Assembly (NCBI GenBank): GCA_002269645.1
Contig: NIVC01000237.1
Location: 310,001-374,000 of the forward strand
DNA from: Macrostomum lignano
Lineage: Eukaryota
DNA length: 64,000 bases
Reading direction: 5' to 3'
In this document: positions 56,105 through 64,000 of the stretch, in pieces
Position numbering within the stretch: the stretch's first letter is position 1
Layout of the letters: the number at the start of each line of letters is the position of its first letter
Program-made: the position numbers and the translations under genes
Notes under the pieces: generated by a model
What the model saw: the letters and a program-made list of their open reading frames with translations, nothing else
Database searches by the model: none
Told to the model about the DNA's origin: nothing

Positions 56105-58971
56105 TCAGTGCCTCTATTAGTGCCTCTCAATGTTTTCAGTTTGAGTCTTTCTTAGTGCCTCTCTCAATGCTCTCAGTGTCTTTCAATGCTCTCAGTGCCT
56201 CTCAATGCTCTCAGTGCCTCTCAATGCTTTTAGTGTCTCTCTCAATGCTTTCAGTGCCTCTCTCAATGCTCTCAGTGTCTCTCTCAATGCTTTCAGTGCC
56301 TCTCTCAATGCTTTTAGTGCCTCTCTCAATGCTTTCAGTGTCTCTCTCAATGCTTTCAGTGCCTCTCTCAATGCTTTCAGTGTCTCTCAATGCTCTCAGT
56401 GCCTCTCTCAATGCTTTCAGTGCCTCTCTCAATGCTCTCAGTGTCTCTCAATGCTCTCAGTGCCTCTCTCAATGCTTTCAGTGCCTCTCTCAATGCTTTT
56501 AGTGCCTCTCTCAATGCTTTCAGTGTCTCTCTCAATGCTCTCAGTGTCTCTCTCAATGCTTTCAGTGCCTCTCTCAATGCTCTCAGTGCCTCTCTCAATG
56601 CTCTCAGTGCCTCTCAATGCTCTCAGTGCCTCTTAATGCTCTCAGTGTCTCTCAATGCTTTAAGTTTCTCTCTCAATGCTCTCAGTGCCTCTCTCAATGC
56701 TCTCAGTGTCTCTCTCAATGCTTTCAGTGTCTCTCTCAATGCTCTCAGTGTCTCTCTCAATGCTTTCAGTGCCTCTCTCAATGCTCTCAGTGCCTCTCTC
56801 AATGCTCTCAGTGCCTCTCAATGCTCTCAGTGCCTCTCAATGCTCTCAGTGTCTCTCTCAATGCTTTCAGTTTCTCTCTCAATGCTCTCAGTGCCTCTCT
56901 CAATGCTCTCAGTGCCTCTCTCAATGCTCTCAGTGTCTCTCTCAATGCTTTCAGTGTCTCTCTCAATGCTCTCAGTGTCTCTCTCAATGCTTTCAGTGCC
57001 TCTCTCAATGCTCTCAGTGCCTCTCTCAATGCTCTCAGTGCCTCTCAATGCTCTCAGTGCCTCTCAATGCTCTCAGTGTCTCTCTCAATGCTTTCAGTTT
57101 CTCTCTCAATGCTCTCAGTGCCTCTCTCAATGCTTTCAGCGCCTCTCTCAATGCTCTCAGCGCCTCTCTCAATGCTTTTAGTGCCTCTCTCAATGCTTTC
57201 AGTGTCTCTCTCAATGCTCTCAGTGCCTCTCTCAATGCTTTTAGTGCCTCTCTCAATGCTTTCAGTGTCTCTCTCAATGCTCTCAGTGCCTCTCTCAATG
57301 CTTTTAGTGCCTCTCTCAATGCTTTCAGTGCCTCTCTCAATGCTTTCAGCGCCTCTCTCAATGCTCTCAGTGCCTCTCTCAATGCTTTCAGTGCCTCTCT
57401 CAATGCTCTCAGTGTCTCTCAATGCTCTCAGTGCCTCTCTCAATGCTCTCAGTGTCTCTCTCAATGCTCTCAGTGTCTCTCTCAATGCTTTCAGTGCTTC
57501 TCTCAATGCTCTCAGTGCCTCTCTCAATGCTCTCAGTGCCTCTCAATGCTCTCAGTGCCTCTCAATGCTCTCAGTGTCTCTCTCAATGCTTTCAGTTTCT
57601 CTCTCAATGCTCTCAGTGCCTCTCTCAATGCTTTCAGCGCCTCTCTCAATGCTCTCAGCGCCTCTCTCAATGCTTTTAGTGCCTCTCTCAATGCTTTCAG
57701 TGTCTCTCTCAATGCTCTCCGTGTCTCTCTCAATGCTCTCAGTGCCTCTCTCAATGCTCTCAGTGCCTCTCAATGCTCTCAGTGCCTCTCAATGCTCTCA
57801 GTGTCTCTCAATGCTTTCAGTTTCTCTCTCAATGCTCTCAGTTTCTCTCAGTGTATCCCAGTGCCTCTCTCAATGCTCTCAGTGCCTCTCTCAATGCTCT
57901 CAGTGCCTCTCAATGCTCTCAGTGCCTCTCAATGCTCTCAGTGTCTCTCTCAATGCTTTCAGTTTCTCTCTCAATGCTCTCAGTGCCTCTCAATGCTCTC
58001 AGTGTCTCTCTCAATGCTTTCAGTGTCTCTCTCAATGCTCTCAGTGTCTCTCTCAATGCTTTCAGTGCCTCTCTCAATGCTCTCAGTGCCTCTCTCAATG
58101 CTCTCAGTGCCTCTCAATGCTCTCAGTGCCTCTCAATGCTCTCAGTGTCTCTCTCAATGCTTTCAGTTTCTCTCTCAATGCTCTCAGTGCCTCTCTCAAT
58201 GCTTTCAGCGCCTCTCTCAATGCTCTCAGCGCCTCTCTCAATGCTTTTAGTGCCTCTCTCAATGCTTTCAGTGTCTCTCTCAATGCTCTCAGTGCCTCTC
58301 TCAATGCTCTCAGTGTCTCTCTCAATGCTCTCAGTGTCTCTCAATGCTCTCAGTGTCTCTCTCAATGCTCTCAGTGTCTCTCTCAATGCTTTCAGTGCTT
58401 CTCTCAATGCTCTCAGTGCCTCTCTCAATGCTCTCAGTGCCTCTCAATGCTCTCAGTGCCTCTCAATGCTCTCAGTGTCTCTCTCAATGCTTTCAGTGCT
58501 TCTCTCAATGCTCTCAGTGCCTCTCTCAATGCTTTCAGCGCCTCTCTCAATGCTCTCAGCGCCTCTCTCAATGCTTTTAGTGCCTCTCTCAATGCTTTCA
58601 GTGTCTCTCTCAATGCTCTCAGTGTCTCTCTCAATGCTCTCAGTGCCTCTCTCAATGCTTTCAGTGCCTCTCTCAATGCTCTCAGCGCCTCTCTCAATGC
58701 TTTTAGTGCCTCTCTCAATGCTTTCAGTGTCTCTCTCAATGCTCTCAGTGTCTCTCTCAATGCTCTCAGTGCCTCTCTCAATGCTCTCAGTGCCTCTCAA
58801 TGCTCTCAGTGCCTCTCAATGCTCTCAGTGTCTCTCTCAATGCTTTCAGTTTCTCTCTCAATGCTCTCAGTTTCTCTCAGTGTATCCCAGTGCCTCTCTC
58901 AATGCTCTCAGTGCCTCTCTCAATGCTCTCAGTTTCTCTCAGTGTATCCCAGTGCCTCTCAGCCTTTTGGA
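56105..58971. repeat. 19/21-bp satellite (CTCTCAATGCTCTCAGTGCCT)n, about 140 units
   Basis: Direct reading. It is the source of the many LSMLSVP / ALRE / TESIER ORFs. Confidence 0.96.
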
Positions 58972-59155
58972 GTGCCCTGCCCTCACTCGAGTCACTCCGC
59001 CTGTGTGGAACCCTAGCCTCGCAATCGTGAAGACTTCGCACCAGAATACGCGCAGCTTCTGAGCACGACATAATCTCAGAGCGAAACTCTATCGCACTTA
59101 AATTCATTAAAGTTAAGTTAACTAGACCCATGCTTAATTAATTGTGACAATTACC

Positions 59156-59169
59156 GTTGCTATGGTAAC
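59156..59169. promoter_or_regulatory. RFX X-box (GTTGCTATGGTAAC)
   Basis: Matches the X-box consensus GTYNCYATRGNAAC in unique non-coding sequence. Confidence 0.55.
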
Positions 59170-59245
59170 CGTCGCTCTAATTAAAACCTGACTGCAGTCT
59201 GTCAACTGGCTTGAGTCCGAGTTCGCTTGGTGCATCGGCGCAGTT

Positions 59246-62139
59246 ATGATGAATAATAAATTTATACCAAAAAATTTTCAGCCCTATATCAAAGCAGCAC
59301 GTGGGTATTCCCAGCTTAAAAACTAATTATTGATTTTTTCCCACTGGGTGCAGCTCTGCTTTTGTCTGTCTGGCTGTCTCTCTGATCCTGCCCCGTCCGT
59401 GTCTGCCAGTCCACGCAGCTGCATGTATTGCTCAGCTGCAGTTCCCGTAATGCCTCCCCTGTGGTCTGCTTTTCCTGTTCATCTTCCTCTCAGCTGGGGC
59501 TCCGACTAGCGCCAAAGCCTTCGTATTGTAGTGCATGCATGTAGGTCTTGAGTTCGATTCCGTTCTACGGCAGCCATATTAATAGATTGTAGCTTCGCTT
59601 TTTGTGGTCCTGAGCTCGATAGTGACGTTAATAACTTGGGTCTGCTGGTCCTGAGTTCGAATCCGTGTGCGGTGGCTATACTAATAACCTTGGGTTTGGA
59701 TGTCCTGAGTTCGAATCCGTGTGCGGTGGCTATACTAATAACCTTGGGTTTGGATGTCCTGAGTTCGAATCCGTGTGCGGTGGCTATACTAATAACCTTG
59801 GGTTTGGATGTCCTGAGTTCGAATCCGTGTGCGGTGGCTATACTAATAACCTTGGGTTTGGATGTCCTGAGTTCGAATCCGTGTGCGGTGGCTATACTAA
59901 CAACTTTGGGTTTGGATGTCCTGAGTTCGAATCCGTGTGCTGTGGCTATGCTAACAACTTAGGGTTTGGATGTCCTGAGTTCGAATCCGTGTGCGGTGGC
60001 TATACTAATAACCTTGGGTTTGGATGTCCTGAGTTCGAATCCGTGTGCGGTGGCTATACTAACAACTTTGGGTTTGGATGTCCTGAGTTCGAATCCGTGT
60101 GCGGTGGCTATACTAACAACTTTGGGTTTGGATGTCCTGAGTTCGAATCCGTGTGCGGTGGCTATGCTAACAACTTTGGGTTTGGATGTCCTTAGTTCGA
60201 ATCCGTGTGCGGTGGCTATACTAACAACTTTGGGTTTGGATGTCCTTAGTTCGAATCCGTGTGCGGGGGCTATACTAACAACTTTGGGTTTGGATGTCCT
60301 GAGTTCGAATCCGTGTGCGGTGGCTATGCTAACAACTTTGGGTTTGGATGTCCTGAGTTCGAATCCGTGTGCGGTGGCTATACTAACAACTTAGGGTTTG
60401 GATGTCCTGAGTTCGAATCCGTGTGCTGTGGCTATGCTAACAACTTTGGGTTTGGATGTCCTGAGTTCTATTCTGTATTTGGCTTCCTTATTAATAATTT
60501 TGGGTTTGGTGGTTGTTGCCGTTGGTTCGATTCCGCACGCGCGGTGGCTATATTAACTACTTACACAGGGTTTGGTGGTCTTGAGTTCGATTCCGTGCTC
60601 ATCTGGGGTCTGTGGAATGAGCTCCTATCTCCCATATCTCTTCTATCCTGCCTCGTCTCAGCCAACCCTCCCATCGCCCACGTCTGTTTCAAACTGCAGA
60701 TTTAACTCAGCCTCACTAAATGGCCAATCATGCATGCATGCCAACTCTTGTGTAACTCCCGCCTAAGTTTAATTAATCCACCGAAAACTTTTTGAGCAGC
60801 AGCTCATTAGCGTCAGAACAGAACGAAAAATTGATTGAGCAGTGTATAAATACAGAAGTCTGGCTGATTGGCCTTAAGACCCACCCCCTCCCCGATCGGC
60901 AATAAAACTTTATTAACAGAAGAAATTAATTACTTTTCTGCCCCTCCTTCATTGGCAATGTCCGCGCTGCCAACTGCTCTTCCACAGGTAGCCATAGCTC
61001 GGCTGAGTTAAACTGCCTGAGAAAATCTGCAGTCATGGTTTAGAGGGCTCTGGCTGCATGGCTTTATTGGCTGTCCAATCATCTGTCCCAACAGTGTTGT
61101 CATGGCAACCGCCCGCATATACGCGAATACGAAGTAAGCCTGGCTTGAACAGGCAAGCTCTGCTGATTCCCATTATTAATCCCTGAGCCCCTTCTAACCC
61201 CAGTCCCTGTTAACGGCTTCAGGCAGTGCTGAGTTTGGTTTTATGGGGTTCTACACTGAAAGATCTGGTGTGAAAAACTACTGCTTCCAAATTCCATCAC
61301 TGCTATGAAGTATGGCTGACTGTGCCTCTCTGTGCCTCTCAGTGCCTCTCCTAGTGCCTCTTAGTGCTGCCTGTCCTAGTGCCACTCTCAGTGCCTTTCT
61401 CGGTGCCTCGCCCAGTGTCTCCCACGCCTCTCCTAGTGCCTCTTAGTGCTTCTCCCAGTGCCTCTCCTAGTGTCTCCTCTCTCAGTGTCTTTCAGTGCCT
61501 CTCCCAGTGCTTCTCCTAGTGCCACTCTCAGTGCCTCTCAGTGTCTCTCAGTGCCTCTCCTAGTGCCTTTTAGTGCTGCCTGTCCTAGTGCCACTCTCAG
61601 TATCTTTCTCGGTGCCTCTCCTAGTGCCTTTTAGTGCTGCCTGTCCTAGTGCCACTCTCAGTATCTTTCTCGGTGCCTCTCCTAGTGCCTTTTAGTGCTG
61701 CCTGTCCTAGTGCCAATCTCAGTATCTTTCTCGGTGCCTCTCCTAGTGCCTCGTCTCCCAGTGTCTCTCCTGAAGAGAGAAAAGAGAAACGACTGCTGAA
61801 AATTGTGTGCCAACTGTAAAATGATTTATTTGACTTTGTGTGAGAAACGCAGGGTTTGGCTTGAGGTTTTGGTCACTCCGGATTCCATGTCACTAAATCT
61901 CCTTGATCCAGGGAGAGGAGCTGGGGAGGCTGCAGGTGGGGCGCTCACCCACCCTGCCCGTGGGTTAGGTCACACAGGCCCCAGCACTCTATAAAGCTTT
62001 AAACTGCTGGCTTGGGAGCTGCTCAACAAGTGCAAGACATCGGCTTGTCAGAGAAGCCAGGAAGCTTAAAATTTAGTCCATGATTCAATGAGCAGCATCG
62101 AGATGACTTCTAATGGAGAGACCGCCATGCGACCCGAAG
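59246..62139 (+). CDS. Possible 5' exons of an unidentified gene running out of the window
   Basis: Candidate exons 59246-59300 (MMNNKFIPKNFQPYIKAA, donor GTGGGT, phase 1), 61912-61935 (24 nt) and 62077-62139 (63 nt, SMSSIEMTSNGETAMRPE), all phase-compatible GT-AG. No homology recognised. Confidence 0.22.
59540..60600. repeat. 54-bp minisatellite, each unit containing GAGTTCGAATCC (Pol III B-box-like)
   Basis: About 15 regular units at 59648-60470, plus degenerate copies on both sides. Confidence 0.93.
61096..61109. promoter_or_regulatory. X-box-like motif (GTTGTCATGGCAAC) among CCAAT motifs
   Basis: Near-consensus RFX palindrome. ATTGG/CCAAT at about 60865, 61066 and 61076. Confidence 0.4.
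61320..61770. repeat. Degenerate CAGTGCCTCT/CTAGTGCC repeat related to the 21-bp satellite
   Basis: Shared CAGTGCCTCTC core. Internal triplication of about 58 bp at 61560-61740. Confidence 0.8.
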
Positions 62140-62211
62140 GTAAAATATCTTCAATACTTGGCCACCTGTCAATAATCTACCGGTATATACTAATTTTGCG
62201 TTGTTTAGCTT

Positions 62212-62921
<710 letters not shown>

Positions 62922-64000
62922 TTACTGTCTGTGTGTTTACTTGGACCTTTCGTCGGTTCAGTTGCCGCATTAGCTGGACCTTTCGGTTTAGGTGGACAGC
63001 GTAGGTGGACCACCGAATATTTTTGCTCCAGACAACGTTGAGTGGTTTATAAGGACCACAAAACAGAGCAATGGATGTCAGGAATGAGTGCCGCAAAGCG
63101 CAACATTCATCGGCATTCATGTTCAGAAAAAAATGCATTTCAGTTTACATGGACTTTTTGCGATGTCCACCTAAACCGGGTCTGAAAGGTCCAGCTAAAC
63201 AAAAATTGTCAATGAAAATTTCTGAATTTGTCTGTTGCAGTCTGTTTCAGTCTGTTTCAGTCTGTTGGCAATTTACCTTTTTACAACATCTTTTACGCCA
63301 AAAAAGTAATATATTTAATTTCCGTGATCTTAAATTAGGCACACACGGCTTTGTTGAGCTTTCTTCAAAGCCTTCCCACGGTTTTGTGCCCGAAAAATAT
63401 TCGAATGATGGTTCCTTTATCACGTTAGCTGCTGATAGTAGTTTAAATGGATATTGTATCCTATAGGCCTATCGACTTTCCTTCTTTTAGATTCCTTTTG
63501 ATATTTGATATTTATAAAAGTGTCGAACCACAATAAGAAATAATCCTGGTGGAGAGTTTCGGCCTTGAGAAGAAGGTTCTGCTCTCAGATCCCTGTTTAG
63601 GGGTGGGGAAGCACCAAACCAAGCTCAAAGCGAAGGTCTGATATTTTTTATTTTAGTTTAGCCTGGGTCCCACTAAACACAGTTGCACGCACATCAAATC
63701 GTCTGTTGAGGTCCATGTAAACGAAACTCGAAGCGCACAACACAGTCACACAGACTAGAGCTGCATTGGTAAAGGACTGATTTCGGAGAGGTTGGTAAAA
63801 ATCGGACCACCCTTACTGGGAATGCCAGCCAATAGGAACAGTCCAAGGGACAGACAGTCCGTCGACTAAACGAGTCAGAGAGGGGCAGAGCTATAAAAGT
63901 GAAAACCTTTGGTCTAGCTAAAACAGGCTTACATGGACCACCTAATTTCTCGGATAGACTGAAACATTCAACTGAACTGTCAATAGTCAATACACGAGAA

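Noticed and set aside
56056-59062. Long LSMLSVP / ALRE / TESIER ORFs up to 799 aa
   Set aside because: Stop-free frames of the 19/21-bp satellite.

Overview
Repeat-rich eukaryotic (metazoan) genomic DNA with GC-rich exons and GT-AG introns. The minisatellite-filled introns, (CTGT)n tracts and TTAGGG repeat suggest a free-living flatworm such as Macrostomum; this is an inference and is not proven here. I assembled these genes by hand from splice sites and reading frame: OPA1 (-, 9 exons, 967 aa), spartin/SPG20 (-, 3 exons, 542 aa), MED7 (-, 3 exons, about 326 aa), CFAP95/C9orf135 (+, 4 exons, 240 aa), an unnamed 2-TM protein with a Gln/His tail (-), a Turtle/IGSF9-like 5Ig+2FN3 receptor with an intronless CDS (-, 987 aa) and UPF3 (+, 2 coding exons). 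Mobile DNA: a 4.5-kb non-autonomous Helitron with exact A|TC...CTAG|T junctions inside a 22-bp satellite, two hAT elements with 8-bp TSDs (one carries a coding fragment), a Mutator-like foldback, a PIF/Harbinger-like MITE and a tRNA/CORE-like SINE. Main leads: (1) UPF3 has no in-frame ATG and starts at a phase-0 acceptor, so its start codon may come from the AUG that ends flatworm spliced leaders; (2) the Helitron carries its own satellite, telomeric repeat and relic 3' ends; (3) 13 of 16 annotated introns hold a tandem array, nearly all with different units and some anchored on splice sites; (4) a tandem array of Pol III B-boxes; (5) a probable MED7-spartin bicistron. No rRNA, intact tRNA or CRISPR array was found. 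Most long ORFs in the track are repeat artefacts. All homology calls come from recalled family motifs, not database searches.
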